A stretch of 64,000 nucleotides of DNA from Octopus vulgaris (Eukaryota), in the NCBI GenBank assembly GCA_951406725.2, contig OX597814.1, positions 214,210,001-214,274,000 of the forward strand. The letters are read 5' to 3'. Position numbers and translations under genes: made by a program. Numbering within the stretch: the first letter of the stretch is position 1; each line of letters begins with the position of its first letter. Under the pieces are notes generated by a model. That model had not been told where the DNA came from and did not search any database. It saw only the letters and a list, made by a program, of their open reading frames with translations. This document shows positions 63,830-64,000 of this stretch, in pieces.

Positions 63830-64000
63830 CACACACACACACACACACACACATACATGTATATACGACAGGCTTCTTTTAGTTTCTATCTACCAAATCC
63901 ACTCACAAGTCTTTGGGTAGCCCGAAACTATAGTAGAAGACACTACTTTCTTAAGATACCATGCAGTGGGACTGAACCTGGGAACTTGTGGTTGGGATAT
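63830..64000 (-). mobile_element. SINE family B, partial (runs off window end)
   Basis: Degraded family sequence. Confidence 0.7.

Overview
Eukaryotic, AT-rich, repeat-dense genomic DNA. The SINE, LINE and microsatellite complement looks like an octopus (coleoid cephalopod) genome; this is inference. Two convergent spliced genes can be reconstructed by hand. (1) On the + strand, five exons (20761-~25664) of a DAPK-family STK17/DRAK Ser/Thr kinase, whose first coding exon(s) probably lie upstream of the window, followed by a ~2.5 kb repeat-free 3' UTR. (2) On the - strand, seven phase-consistent exons (61668-41811) encoding the C-terminal half of an M28B-family protein (GCPII/NAALAD/transferrin-receptor fold) that appears to have lost its zinc and catalytic residues; its 5' part lies beyond the window end. 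The rest is intronic or intergenic: several tRNA-derived SINE families, RTE-LINE 3' ends, CR1-type LINE copies, a mariner and a maT relic, non-autonomous Helitrons, piggyBac-type MITEs and long microsatellites. Most ORFs in the supplied track are repeat artefacts. Some local anomalies look like consensus or assembly errors.
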